Origin: a virus | Virus record (IMG/VR): IMGVR_UViG_3300046474_000239 | Location: 40,449-104,448 of that record | Reading direction: 5' to 3' (one strand) | DNA: 64,000 nt | Shown here: in pieces, positions 38,541 through 48,369 of the stretch | Position numbering within the stretch: the first letter of the stretch is position 1 | Layout of the letters: each line of letters opens with the position of its first letter | Program-made: the position numbers and the translations under genes | Notes under the pieces: generated by a model | Told to the model about the DNA's origin: nothing | Database searches by the model: none | The model's input: the letters and a program-made list of their open reading frames with translations, nothing else

Positions 38541-38777
38541 ATGCAAATCCTTTACTACGTCGCGGTGCTCGTCATCAGCTACTTCGTCGGCCAGGCCATG
38601 GCGACCAAGCCAAAGAAACCGAAGCCTGCTGCGATTGAGGACTTTGAGTTTCCGCAGTACGACGAAGGCACTCCGCAGTGCGTGTTCTGGGGAGATTGCT
38701 GGACCGAAGACTGGATGGTTCTGGACTACGGCAACTACCGCACCAAGAAGGTCAAATCGAAGAGTGGTAAAAAGTGA
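38541..38777 (+). CDS. small tail tip protein
   Basis: DFEFPQ.DEGTPQ.VFWGD.W. Confidence 0.7.
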   Translation: MQILYYVAVLVISYFVGQAMATKPKKPKPAAIEDFEFPQYDEGTPQCVFWGDCWTEDWMVLDYGNYRTKKVKSKSGKK

Positions 38778-38786
38778 GGTGATGAA

Positions 38787-38999
38787 GTGGACGATCACTC
38801 TGATGTACTGGTCGAGATACGCCACATACGTGGCCTTTTTTGTTCCAGGGGTGCCCGACAACTCGCAGCCCACCTAGGGTTCGACTGGTTCCACTTCCTA
38901 CAGCACGGCGTTACCGCAGACAAACTAATAGCCACTGGGGATGCACTGGCCATCCAATTGGCCCAGGTAGCCATCAAGGAGAAACAAAATGGGCGGTAG
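38787..38999 (+). CDS. small tail assembly protein
   Basis: C.RGAR......DW..FL..G.....L.ATGDALA. Confidence 0.7.
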   Translation: MDDHSDVLVEIRHIRGLFCSRGARQLAAHLGFDWFHFLQHGVTADKLIATGDALAIQLAQVAIKEKQNGR

Positions 39000-41355
39000 T
39001 AAAAGTACAACCATAGGCTTCCGATACTACTTCACCATGGTGATGGGTCTGGGCCGTGGCCCGATTAATGAGCTGGTAGAGATCCGCGTAGGTGGCAAGC
39101 TTGCGTGGTACGGCAGCGCGGCAACGTCCGGCAACTACGGAATCGACGCAGGTAACCTGTTCAACGGCGACAAGGGCGAGGGCGGCATTGAGGGCTCGTT
39201 CGACCTCTGCATGGGGGAGAAGACCCAGGGGCAGAACGCTCGCGTCGTGGGCATGCGCGGGTCTCTGGTATCCGCCATGCGCGGCGTGTGCGTCATGGTG
39301 TACGACGGACTCATCTGCTCGATGAACCCTTACCCCAAAGAGTGGAAGATGCGCGTACGCCGGACCACAGCCGGGTGGGACCAAGACCCTTGGTATCCAG
39401 AGCGGGCGGCCATTTACTTCCTGGACAACGTGACCGCCCTGGATGCGCCCACGGTCGACGTTGGGTTCATCGGTGACCCTGCTGACTACACACCGGCCGA
39501 GTGGCAGTTGCTCTATTACGCCAAACTCGCAGAGCTGCAAGCTGACGCCCAGTTGGGCCGCCGCCTGGTTTGCTCGATGAACCCCGCGCACATGCTTATG
39601 GAGATCGCCACAAACCGGGAGTGGGGTCGTGGCATGCCGATGGATCAGATAGACCTGAACCTGTACAAGGTCGCGGCGGACAATCTGTACTGCGAGGGCT
39701 TCGGCATGTGCCTGCGCTGGAACCGGCAGAGCAGCCTGGACGACCTGGTCGCAGAGATCATCAGCACCATCGGTGGCATGCAGTACGTTAGCCGCACCAC
39801 TGGGCTCCTCACGCTGCGCCTGCTCCGCAACGACTACGTCATAGAAGACCTGCCCGTGTTTGCCCGCGACGGCCGAGGCATCCTGAGTATCGAATCCGAA
39901 GAGTCGTCTGGGTCTGAAGCCGGGTTCAACGAAGTAGTGGTCAAGTACCGCTCCGCGCTGAACGGGGACGTGGCGTCTGTCCGCTACCAGAACCTGGGCA
40001 GCATCATGTCGGACGGCGGGGTGAACTCCACCACCACCGAGTACCTAGGCATCGCAGACCGTAACATCGCTGTCCGGGTGGCTGCGCGAGACGTGAAGTC
40101 CAACACGGGGGATCTGCGGAGACTGAAGCTGACCCTAGACCGTCGTGGCTACCCGCTGGAGCCAGGTGTGCCGTTCATCATCTCGGACCCAGAGAGCGGT
40201 ATCGAGTCGATGATCATGCGGTCCGTTACCATCACCAACGAGGACTTCGTCAGCGGCACCATCACGCTGTCCTGCCTGACTGATGTATTCGGCCTGCCGG
40301 ACACCGCGTACGTGGGCGAGGAAGCTGCGCCGCCTGACTTACCGAGTGCAGCCCCTGCGCTGCCCGTGGACCAGCGGCTGCTCGAAGTACCGTACCGCTC
40401 TCTCTACCAGAACACCGACAAGGCCAACTTCGACCTGCTCACCGATGACGTGGCGTTCCTCGGGGCGGCGGCTGTGCGTCCTAACTTCAACAACCCGAAC
40501 TATGACCTGATCTACAAGTCGCACTCAGCGACTGAGTACCTGCCAGAAGATGACGTACCAGGAGAATGGTGCGCGTCGGTCTTGTTGCCTCGCACCCTGT
40601 CACCGCTGGACGACCTGATCACCTTCACCACAGTAGACCTGAGTGCGGTGACCGTAGGGCTGATGGCGCTGATCGACGACGAAGAGGTCCAGGTGACAGC
40701 GATGGACACGGTAGCCAAGACCCTGACGATTGCCAGGGGTTGTCTAGACACCGTACCGACCGAGCACGCACGCCTGACCCGCGTGTGGTTCTACGAGACT
40801 GGCGAGACGTTCTCAACCAAAGAGTTCACGCTGGGCGAGCAGGTGGACGGCAAGGTCCTGTCCAACGCCGCAGCAGGGGTACTCAATCCAACCCTGGCCC
40901 AGGAGATGACATTGACCATGGTTGGGCGGTTCGGCAGGCCGTACCCTCCAGGCAAAGTGCAGATAGAAGGGGAGGACATTTTCCTCGTGCAATCAATTGC
41001 ATCGGGAGACACACTGACTTGGGCGCGGAGGAACAGGATCACCCAGGCTGACGTAGTGCAGGACTTCCACGTAGCCGACATCACGCCCGAGGCAGGCCAG
41101 ACCACTACCGTCCGCACCTACCGCCAGGACACCAACGCGCTCTTGGAGGAGTACACCGGGATCACAGGCACAAGCCAGGTGCTGACTCCAGGCTACGTCG
41201 GGGTCATTCGCGTGGAGGTCTCCTCCGTGCGGGGCGGCCTGGAGAGCCACCAGAAGTATGCAGTAGTGCTTGGCAGCGACACCCCTTACATGACTACCGT
41301 GACCGGCGAGTTCATGACCACCGTATCCGGCTACTACCTGACTGAAGGAGCATAA
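38989..41355 (+). CDS. central tail tip / host-specificity (gpJ-like) protein
   Basis: MGGSKSTTIGFRYY, GEGGIEG, MNPAH.L.E..TN.EWGRG, RGC.DTVP..H. Confidence 0.8.
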   Translation: MGGSKSTTIGFRYYFTMVMGLGRGPINELVEIRVGGKLAWYGSAATSGNYGIDAGNLFNGDKGEGGIEGSFDLCMGEKTQGQNARVVGMRGSLVSAMRGVCVMVYDGLICSMNPYPKEWKMRVRRTTAGWDQDPWYPERAAIYFLDNVTALDAPTVDVGFIGDPADYTPAEWQLLYYAKLAELQADAQLGRRLVCSMNPAHMLMEIATNREWGRGMPMDQIDLNLYKVAADNLYCEGFGMCLRWNRQSSLDDLVAEIISTIGGMQYVSRTTGLLTLRLLRNDYVIEDLPVFARDGRGILSIESEESSGSEAGFNEVVVKYRSALNGDVASVRYQNLGSIMSDGGVNSTTTEYLGIADRNIAVRVAARDVKSNTGDLRRLKLTLDRRGYPLEPGVPFIISDPESGIESMIMRSVTITNEDFVSGTITLSCLTDVFGLPDTAYVGEEAAPPDLPSAAPALPVDQRLLEVPYRSLYQNTDKANFDLLTDDVAFLGAAAVRPNFNNPNYDLIYKSHSATEYLPEDDVPGEWCASVLLPRTLSPLDDLITFTTVDLSAVTVGLMALIDDEEVQVTAMDTVAKTLTIARGCLDTVPTEHARLTRVWFYETGETFSTKEFTLGEQVDGKVLSNAAAGVLNPTLAQEMTLTMVGRFGRPYPPGKVQIEGEDIFLVQSIASGDTLTWARRNRITQADVVQDFHVADITPEAGQTTTVRTYRQDTNALLEEYTGITGTSQVLTPGYVGVIRVEVSSVRGGLESHQKYAVVLGSDTPYMTTVTGEFMTTVSGYYLTEGA
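40988..41001. repeat. 14-bp motif copy 13 (TGCAATCAATTGCA)
   Basis: exact, intragenic (VQSIA). Confidence 0.95.
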
Positions 41356-41357
41356 AC

Positions 41358-41837
41358 ATGACGAACACAACTCTCCCGGCGCTGCTTGTCAGCGACCCGG
41401 CACCGTTGAACCTCCAGGACACCGACATAGTCTGGGTATGCCAGGGCGGGGTGGACGTAGCCATGACCGGTTTGCAGATCAAGACCGGCGTGTTGGCTGG
41501 CCGACCTGTAGACATCTACGGGGAGATGCAGGGCACGCCCGACTATGACAAGCGGTGGAACTACGTGTTCACCCGAGGGTGCACTCTACCTGCCTCGCTC
41601 ACCGGCTCCAGGGCGGGGGTTCAGTACCAGCCCACCGGTACGGTCTCCTACAAGATCTACAAAAACGCAACGCAGATCGGGACCATGAACTTCACAGCGG
41701 GCAGCATCGCCGTCAGCTTCACCTTTGCGTCTGCCGTGACGTTCGCAGCGGGTGACCTGTTACGGGTGGAAGCGCTCGCAACACCTGACGCAACACTCAA
41801 GGGTCTGTACTTCACCTTCGTGGGTGCGTTGACCTAA
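41358..41837 (+). CDS. tail-associated beta-rich protein
   Basis: AAGGAG RBS; C-terminal domain paralogous to next gene. Confidence 0.6.
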   Translation: MTNTTLPALLVSDPAPLNLQDTDIVWVCQGGVDVAMTGLQIKTGVLAGRPVDIYGEMQGTPDYDKRWNYVFTRGCTLPASLTGSRAGVQYQPTGTVSYKIYKNATQIGTMNFTAGSIAVSFTFASAVTFAAGDLLRVEALATPDATLKGLYFTFVGALT

Positions 41838-41911
41838 TCGCCCGTGGCACGGAGGCTGCCCCGTGGTAACCTCCGACCATTACACGGCTAGAACAGATAT
41901 AGGAGAGGGTG

Positions 41912-42616
41912 ATGAGTATCAGACGATTGAGTAACGCGGGGCTGCGCTTCGGCTGGATCCCGTACGAGGACAACTGGGCGTCCACAGGCGTTGACGCAAA
42001 CTGGCAGTGGATGGACGCCCTCGCCGGGCGGGTAGTCCTCGACGTGGTCACCACCCTGCCTACCACCGGCTTGTCCGCAGGCAACTTGTACCTGATGGCC
42101 GCAGACGCAGGCTCCCAGCCGAACAAGCTGGCGTTGTACACCGTCCTGATCGCCGCTGATGGTGCGGAGACGTTTGCGTGGGACTTCCTGGCCCCTGCCA
42201 ACAACTTCAGCATCTTCGTCGCCACCAAGAAAGCGCCGTACAAGTTCAACGGCACCACCTGGGCGGCGGACTCGCCTGCTGCAATCAGCTTCTACGCGGG
42301 TGGGGTTCTGACGGACTCCCAGCTCATAGCCGTACTGCTGCCGACCGTTCTGCTAGATCTGCCAGCGGGGCTCACAGGATCGCGTGCGACTGCCCAGACA
42401 GCTCCTACAGCGACCACGGTTATCTCCGTCCGTAAGAACGGTAGCGAAGTGGCAACTATCACCTTCTCGGCAGGCGTAACCGTGGGCACCCTGGCGGCTG
42501 CTTCAGCCATCGCGCTGATCACCTCAGACGAGTTGTCCTTCGTAGGCCCGGCCACCGCTGATGCCACCTTCGCAGGCCTGGCGGTATCACTTCTCGGCTT
42601 GAGGAAATCCGCATGA
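41912..42616 (+). CDS. tail-associated protein (DUF2793-like N-terminus)
   Basis: GW...ED.W...VDANW..MDAL, W.FLAP; AGGAG RBS. Confidence 0.6.
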   Translation: MSIRRLSNAGLRFGWIPYEDNWASTGVDANWQWMDALAGRVVLDVVTTLPTTGLSAGNLYLMAADAGSQPNKLALYTVLIAADGAETFAWDFLAPANNFSIFVATKKAPYKFNGTTWAADSPAAISFYAGGVLTDSQLIAVLLPTVLLDLPAGLTGSRATAQTAPTATTVISVRKNGSEVATITFSAGVTVGTLAAASAIALITSDELSFVGPATADATFAGLAVSLLGLRKSA

Positions 42617-45075
42617 CTACCTACTACATCGACCCCGAGGGCGGTAACGACGCGAACAATGGGCTGTCGTTTGCGAACCGCTGGAGGACGTTCAAGAACA
42701 CCAACGCTATCACCGTGGGGCAGAACGACGAGTTCCGCCTTATGTCCAGTCGCGCCAAGCAAAACCTGGGCAACGCCGCGTGGGTAGACAACCAGGACTG
42801 GGTGACCCTGTCGTCCCCGCCATTCGCGGTACTGACTGACGGCACCACCCTGATGACCGGCACGACTAACGTGACCATCTCGGGCGACTTCAACGCCTCG
42901 CCGGTTGTCTCGACGCAGTGCAACTTGATCCGCTGCACCACCTCCGGCAAGTCAGGCAAGATCGCGTACCTGGCCCTGGGCAGCACGATGAACTTGTCCG
43001 CGTACACGCACCTCAGCCTAGCCCTGCGTTCGGACTCGGACACCTACCCCAGCGTCCTGAGTGACATCACGCTGAACCTCTGCTCCGACTCGACTGGCGA
43101 TGTCGTGGTGCTTGCCTTGCCGCTGGCAGCCACGTACCGCAGTTCGGCGCTGACTCAACTGCTCACCAACGGCGGGGCGGCACTGCCTACCGGGATCAAC
43201 TCCATCTCGCTGACTCTGACCGTGGCAACCCCAGGCACCAACCGGGCTATTTTCTTTGTAGGCCTGATTGCCTGCCAGGGTCCCGACCACGCCAGCCACA
43301 TCTCCCACGCATCCCTCCTGTCCAAACAGACTTCAGGGGCACCTGAGTGGATGGCCATTCGCAGCTTCCAGACTGGCGGCAAAGTGTTCATGGGTGGCAG
43401 GGCCAGTACGACCGGTGAGCGCACCTGGCGCGGTACGTCCGAGACCGTGAACACCTGGGCGCGTCTGCCTACTCGCGTCAACTTCTCCGCCACCAACGAA
43501 CCTGTCTTCGACACGATCAAGGACGGGGTGAAGATCCGGGGCGGATGGAACCGGACTGACATGTCGACACAGGACGACCTCACCTGGGTCAGCGGTGAGT
43601 TCCGGTCCATCTCGGGTACGGCCAACTCGAACGGCTTCTGCAACGTGCTGAACGTGACCGACACCCGCACCACGGCAGCAGAGTTCAACAAGATCGGCCT
43701 GTGCCACTACTTCTATCAGCCGACCAACTTCTCGACGATGACGATGAAGATCGCGCTGGAGGGTATGGCCCACTGCAAACGCGGCATGCCAGTTCCGTAC
43801 GGCGACTCGCAGAGTGACTTCGGTGATGTGACCTTCTGCCCTACAGGGATGGTCGACGCTACCCCAGTCGTGGCCCAGGGTGACTTTGCCCTGATCAAGG
43901 CGCGGAAGATCATGGGCTGCCAGTTCCCCTACTTCCCGTCTACAGGTCTGTCCAATCGCCGGATCGTGGCCGACTACATCGAGAACGCCGAGGGCGGGAT
44001 TCAGAAGTCCTCCGGCGTGACCAAGGTCAGCAACGTGACATTCCGGTATAACTACCAGGACCTCGTGGTAACCGGCGATGCGTGCGTGTGGTTGACTCAC
44101 CCGACCTTCCCGCTCAGCGGCGGCTTCCCTTCTATCGGCCTCTTCGTCGACGTGACGAGCGCGGAAGTCAGGATGGATTGCGTCAACGGTAACGCCTGGG
44201 ATAACCGGGTACAGGGTGCTCGCAGCTCGCGGGTTGTGGAGGATACTTTCCGCACGGCTGGCAAGCGGTCTGTACTTCTTGAGCGTTCGCACACCTCGAC
44301 AGGCAAACGCCTCGTGGATCGCGTAGCACTGGTCCCTGTCCGGGGTGGGGAGGCAGTCAAGGTCAGTGGGTACGTGCAGACCTCTCTTGGTTCGGTAGGT
44401 GACAAGGCATCCTTGTCGATCCTGGAAGGCAGCTTCCCTGGCATCGCCTACACCAAGGCCGAGGGGCAGCGCCTACCTGGCTACTGGTCGAAGGTAGTCC
44501 TGGAGGTAACCCCTGCGGTAGACGGACTGCTGCCCATTCACTTTGAGGGCGAGGGCAGCGGCACCTATCCGTGGTACGTCACGGAGGTCGGGGTCGACAC
44601 AACGGGGGTTCCTGCGGACCCTGCACCTACCATGACCTTGGTGGACTCGATGACCTTCGTAGGGGTCGATGACCTGTACTGGGACTCGGACCCATCCGTA
44701 ACGGCAGGCGACACGTTCGCGCAAGCGGTAAGCGATGACTGGGGCGGCTATATGCCCACCTGGCCAAGCGGCTCGATGACACCGGGCGGCGGTCTCATGC
44801 GCGGCGTTACCTGGACCAACTACGGGTCGCCCGGCACGCTGACTAACGTGAGCCTGGAAGTTCTCACGACCGGACTGACTGACCTGGAGAAGCAAGGCTG
44901 CCGTGTGGTCGTCAAGAGCGCGGGCGGCACCGTACTGCTCGACTACCATGACGCCCCTGGCACCATCGGCACTCTCCCTGACGACACCAAGTACGTGCAG
45001 TTCAGCATGTACATGTCCGGCCTGGAGATGATCGCGGGTACGACCTACACCGTCGAGTTCTACCGACTGATCTAA
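42613..45075 (+). CDS. tail fibre / tailspike, possible receptor-binding or depolymerase protein
   Basis: 820 aa; TYYIDPEGGNDANNGLS...W.T start typical of beta-helix proteins; Thr/Ser/Gly rich. Confidence 0.65.
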   Translation: MTTYYIDPEGGNDANNGLSFANRWRTFKNTNAITVGQNDEFRLMSSRAKQNLGNAAWVDNQDWVTLSSPPFAVLTDGTTLMTGTTNVTISGDFNASPVVSTQCNLIRCTTSGKSGKIAYLALGSTMNLSAYTHLSLALRSDSDTYPSVLSDITLNLCSDSTGDVVVLALPLAATYRSSALTQLLTNGGAALPTGINSISLTLTVATPGTNRAIFFVGLIACQGPDHASHISHASLLSKQTSGAPEWMAIRSFQTGGKVFMGGRASTTGERTWRGTSETVNTWARLPTRVNFSATNEPVFDTIKDGVKIRGGWNRTDMSTQDDLTWVSGEFRSISGTANSNGFCNVLNVTDTRTTAAEFNKIGLCHYFYQPTNFSTMTMKIALEGMAHCKRGMPVPYGDSQSDFGDVTFCPTGMVDATPVVAQGDFALIKARKIMGCQFPYFPSTGLSNRRIVADYIENAEGGIQKSSGVTKVSNVTFRYNYQDLVVTGDACVWLTHPTFPLSGGFPSIGLFVDVTSAEVRMDCVNGNAWDNRVQGARSSRVVEDTFRTAGKRSVLLERSHTSTGKRLVDRVALVPVRGGEAVKVSGYVQTSLGSVGDKASLSILEGSFPGIAYTKAEGQRLPGYWSKVVLEVTPAVDGLLPIHFEGEGSGTYPWYVTEVGVDTTGVPADPAPTMTLVDSMTFVGVDDLYWDSDPSVTAGDTFAQAVSDDWGGYMPTWPSGSMTPGGGLMRGVTWTNYGSPGTLTNVSLEVLTTGLTDLEKQGCRVVVKSAGGTVLLDYHDAPGTIGTLPDDTKYVQFSMYMSGLEMIAGTTYTVEFYRLI

Positions 45076-45085
45076 GGAGATCGCC

Positions 45086-45289
45086 ATGCCAGTTGATCCA
45101 GTGAACGACTTTGGCGAGATGGACTTCGGTCACCAAGGGGACGTATTCGATCCGCGCACGTCTACCACGGTGAACGATCCATTTACCGACTACGGCTTCC
45201 AAGGGGACTCGTATGCAGTAGTCTCCCCAGAGGAACCACCAGCGCCGGGCGGCGGGGGTGGAGTGGTTATCTTCATGCTATCTATCTAA
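45086..45289 (+). CDS. small hypothetical protein
   Basis: AAGGAG RBS; internal DFG.QGD / DYG.QGD repeat. Confidence 0.55.
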   Translation: MPVDPVNDFGEMDFGHQGDVFDPRTSTTVNDPFTDYGFQGDSYAVVSPEEPPAPGGGGGVVIFMLSI

Positions 45290-45309
45290 CCCTCTTCGGA
45301 GGGTTTTTT
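45288..45309 (+). terminator. rho-independent terminator ending tail module
   Basis: AACCCTC-TTCG-GAGGGTT-TTTT. Confidence 0.8.
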
Positions 45310-45379
45310 AATGGCCACTATTTACAACTGTGTTGCCACTATGTAGGACCGCTGATACGCTCAGCCTCAATTAGCGGAA

Positions 45380-45393
45380 TGCAATTGATTGCA
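45380..45393. repeat. 14-bp motif copy 14 (TGCAATTGATTGCA)
   Basis: exact, upstream of lysis cassette. Confidence 0.95.
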
Positions 45394-45420
45394 CGAAGAC
45401 AACTTGAGGGGGATACCGTG

Positions 45421-46020
45421 ATGATGATGAACAAAATTTGGGCGGCTTGCATGGCGTTCATCCTGGCAAACATCTGCATTCTGTTCTACGTCTACGGATC
45501 CGCCACCTCGGGTGAAGAGAAGGTAGCAGCGCAGCAGATCGCACGACTCATCTCGACGTATGCCGAGCCCGAGTCCAACCCGACGTTCCTGGTTCGGGCG
45601 GAGGATCGCTGCCGGTTCTATGGTCCGTCCTACTGCCAGATTGCTTCCGCACAGCGAGCCAATGCCCTGTCCCTATTCACCAGTCCAATCGTGTTGACCG
45701 TCAAGCCTACAACTGAGGTCTTCTATAACGACTACCTGGCTGCTCGTGCCCGCCTGATCAAAGCCACTGACGACTACGCCACCCTCCTGGACGGCAAGCC
45801 TGAGACTCGTGCCTACATCGTCGCCAGCTCTTCGTTCGAGAAGGAAGCCGGGATGCTGATCGGCACCATCGTCTCCAACCTCTACGCACTCCAGGACTCC
45901 ACTCTTAAGGAGGCTGATCACACAGGTAGCTGGGTGTTCGCCTTGGGGTATCTCTGCAACTTCGTTCTGTTCGCACTTGTCGTGTACGCACGAAGGCTGA
46001 ATAACCAAAAAAGGGGATAA
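45421..46020 (+). CDS. membrane protein, two TMs flanking a soluble (likely periplasmic) domain
   Basis: hydrophobic N- and C-terminal segments; GAGGGGG RBS. Confidence 0.6.
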   Translation: MMMNKIWAACMAFILANICILFYVYGSATSGEEKVAAQQIARLISTYAEPESNPTFLVRAEDRCRFYGPSYCQIASAQRANALSLFTSPIVLTVKPTTEVFYNDYLAARARLIKATDDYATLLDGKPETRAYIVASSSFEKEAGMLIGTIVSNLYALQDSTLKEADHTGSWVFALGYLCNFVLFALVVYARRLNNQKRG

Positions 46021-46024
46021 GGCC

Positions 46025-46360
46025 ATGACCGCAACGGCTGACGTTTTAAGCCTCCCCGTGTCGACGTACGCTTGGGTCATCGGGGTGGCGGTTGTAGGCG
46101 GTCTGGTTGGCGTTATGAACAAAGCTGTCACGTACACAGTCAAAGACTTCGTCAAGGCAGGATTGACTAGCGGTTTTACCGGGTTCTTGGCGTTCTGCGC
46201 CTGCTTTGAGGCCGGAGCAAGTATGGGGTGGACTCTGTTCGCTGTAGGCGTTGCTGGACTGATGGGCAAACGAGCCTGGGACGACATGGAAAACATTCTT
46301 AGAATGCGCGCCGGGATCCCTCCCAAGGCGCCAGACAATGGATCGAGCGAGGCACAATGA
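46025..46360 (+). CDS. holin (3 TM)
   Basis: Gly-rich TMs, charged C-terminus, upstream of endolysin. Confidence 0.7.
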   Translation: MTATADVLSLPVSTYAWVIGVAVVGGLVGVMNKAVTYTVKDFVKAGLTSGFTGFLAFCACFEAGASMGWTLFAVGVAGLMGKRAWDDMENILRMRAGIPPKAPDNGSSEAQ

Positions 46361-46839
46361 TGAACAAGGTCAAAGCATATTGCGATGCAGGGTGGAGTGC
46401 TTTGAGCATGGCCGTGACGGTTGGCCTGCTTTGCGCACTTGCCTACTGGACGGTCCTCCAGCGGCCTGTACTCACCTTTACCACTGAGGGGCTGAAGACG
46501 ACATACACAGTCACCCCTGGATCGGTGGCTTACCTTGAGAACCCCGTCTACCCACCAGATACCACCTTGCGTTTGCAGATTAGCGGCGAGCTGCGCAGGG
46601 TGGACGGCATGGGCGGTGGATACAGACTGGCATCTGTCGACAGCCGGGACGGCTTCAGGCCCGGCAAAGACGAACAGCGCCTGTCCTATGTCCGCCCTGG
46701 CTACCCCGTCTACAGCGTGTTCATTCCCTCGTATGTCACAACGGGGACATACACCTACCGCGCCACAGCGACCTACCGACTGAATCTATTCCGAACGACG
46801 ACGCTGAGTCTTCCTGACTTAACGGTGATCGTGGAGTAA
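46357..46839 (+). CDS. single-TM membrane-anchored protein in lysis cassette
   Basis: N-terminal TM then beta-rich domain. Confidence 0.55.
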   Translation: MMNKVKAYCDAGWSALSMAVTVGLLCALAYWTVLQRPVLTFTTEGLKTTYTVTPGSVAYLENPVYPPDTTLRLQISGELRRVDGMGGGYRLASVDSRDGFRPGKDEQRLSYVRPGYPVYSVFIPSYVTTGTYTYRATATYRLNLFRTTTLSLPDLTVIVE

Positions 46840-46843
46840 CCCG

Positions 46844-46864
46844 AGCCCGCATAACGCGGGCTTT
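46844..46864 (+). terminator. hairpin / weak terminator abutting motif copy 15
   Basis: AGCCCGC-ATAAC-GCGGGCT-TT. Confidence 0.45.
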
Positions 46865-46877
46865 GCAATTGATTGCA
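46864..46877. repeat. 14-bp motif copy 15 (TGCAATTGATTGCA)
   Basis: exact, just before AGGAG RBS of endolysin. Confidence 0.95.
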
Positions 46878-46890
46878 CTAGGAGAATGAG

Positions 46891-47565
46891 ATGTGCCAGT
46901 TATCCGTAGCAAATCTGCTGAAGGTAGCGCCCGGCGCCAGCAAGGCGCCTAACATCAACGCACTTGTATCCGCGATCAACGCCTCCGCAGCCCGCTACGG
47001 ATTCAACCAGTCACCTCGTCGAATGTGTTACTTCTTGGCCCAGACAGCGAAGGAGACCCAGGAGTTCACCAAGCTGGTAGAGAACCTCTTCTACACCGAC
47101 CCTGCCCGCGTGGCGCAGATCTTCAAGTCAGGCTTTGACCTGGATAAGGACAGCGTCGTCGACCCGGAGGAGATCGAGTTCGCCAAGGCCTACATCCGCA
47201 ACCCCGAGAAGCTGGCCAACCGTGCGTACGCCAACCGCTTCGGCAACGGCGACGAAGCCTCGGGTGACGGGTGGAAGTTCATCGGCTCTGGCCTGATCCA
47301 CACCACCTTCCGTGATAACTACCTCAAGGCCTCCCTGGCAATCTACGGCGATGATCGTCTGGTCAAGAACCCAGGCCTCCTGCGTGACACCACCACCTAC
47401 GAAGCGGGCGCCCTGGCAGCCGGTCAGTTCTGGGTGGACAACCACCTCAACGAGCTGGCAGATGCCGACGCCTTCACTCAGGTGACCAAGCGCGTCAACG
47501 GGTCGACCGTTACCGTGCCCGAGCGCCTGGTCTACCTCAAACGTGCAAACAGTCTGATCATGTAG
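46891..47565 (+). CDS. endolysin, glycoside hydrolase family 19
   Basis: FLAQTAKET, ENLFY, LANRAYANRFGNGDEASGDGWKF.G.GLI, VTKRVNG. Confidence 0.85.
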   Translation: MCQLSVANLLKVAPGASKAPNINALVSAINASAARYGFNQSPRRMCYFLAQTAKETQEFTKLVENLFYTDPARVAQIFKSGFDLDKDSVVDPEEIEFAKAYIRNPEKLANRAYANRFGNGDEASGDGWKFIGSGLIHTTFRDNYLKASLAIYGDDRLVKNPGLLRDTTTYEAGALAAGQFWVDNHLNELADADAFTQVTKRVNGSTVTVPERLVYLKRANSLIM

Positions 47566-47575
47566 GGAGAGCGTC

Positions 47576-47989
47576 ATGTTCAACGGAAAGCTGAGGCTGG
47601 AAGCGTACGTGCCGGACGAGTGGGTGGTCCTGGCGCTCTTCGCATTCATTGCAATGCTGCCCAACCCCAAGATCGTGGTCCCCCGTGGGTTCATCACGGA
47701 CCTGGCCTCGATCCCTCGCTTGCTGCGCTGGCTGTTCGATGTCAACGGCGTGTCGAGGCAGGCGGCGGTACTGCATGACTACCTGTACTCGACACAGCCC
47801 CTCAGCCGGGCGGATGCAGATGCACTCTTCCTGGAGGCATTGAAGTCTCTGGGAGCGTCGAAGTGGGAGTGCTTCGGTCTGTACTACGGCGTGCGGATCG
47901 GTGGATGGTGGGCCTGGCACAAACACCAGAGCGATACCTTCAGCGACAACTTCGTTTCGGAATCCTACTGGGCCGACGAGGCCGCTTGA
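47576..47989 (+). CDS. DUF1353 domain protein
   Basis: VPRGFITDLASIPR, AAVLHDYLY, ADALFLEAL. Confidence 0.85.
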   Translation: MFNGKLRLEAYVPDEWVVLALFAFIAMLPNPKIVVPRGFITDLASIPRLLRWLFDVNGVSRQAAVLHDYLYSTQPLSRADADALFLEALKSLGASKWECFGLYYGVRIGGWWAWHKHQSDTFSDNFVSESYWADEAA

Positions 47990-47997
47990 GGTGCACT

Positions 47998-48369
47998 ATG
48001 TTCACGGGAGTATTCGACAGCATCAAGATGTACGCCCTCTGCGCGGGGATCGGGCTGCTCGGGGCGGTCTGCACCTACGGTGCCTGGAAGTGGCAGGGCT
48101 CGAACATCGCCGACGCGGTGGCGGCAGCCGAGAAGGTCAAGGACGAACAGATCCGCGTTGAGCGGACCTACACCAAGAAGTGGCGGGACCGGGCGGAGGC
48201 ACTGAGCCAGCCCGCCAACGCAGCGAAGACCCAGGCAGCCGTAGTGCACTCGACCGCAACCCAGGCAATAAAGGCGGAGCGTGCTGGAACTGACAAGGCC
48301 TTCTATGAGCAAGTCATTCCAGCGAAAGGGGTTGAACAATGGGACGCCGCACGATCACTTATGCGTTAG
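47998..48369 (+). CDS. inner-membrane spanin (Rz-like)
   Basis: N-terminal TM, helical periplasmic domain, overlaps lipoprotein gene. Confidence 0.65.
   Translation: MFTGVFDSIKMYALCAGIGLLGAVCTYGAWKWQGSNIADAVAAAEKVKDEQIRVERTYTKKWRDRAEALSQPANAAKTQAAVVHSTATQAIKAERAGTDKAFYEQVIPAKGVEQWDAARSLMR

Noticed and set aside
45314-45349. GCCACTAT direct repeat and TGTAGGAC (also at about 4219) as a late promoter motif
   Set aside because: Only two short occurrences with no consistent upstream element.
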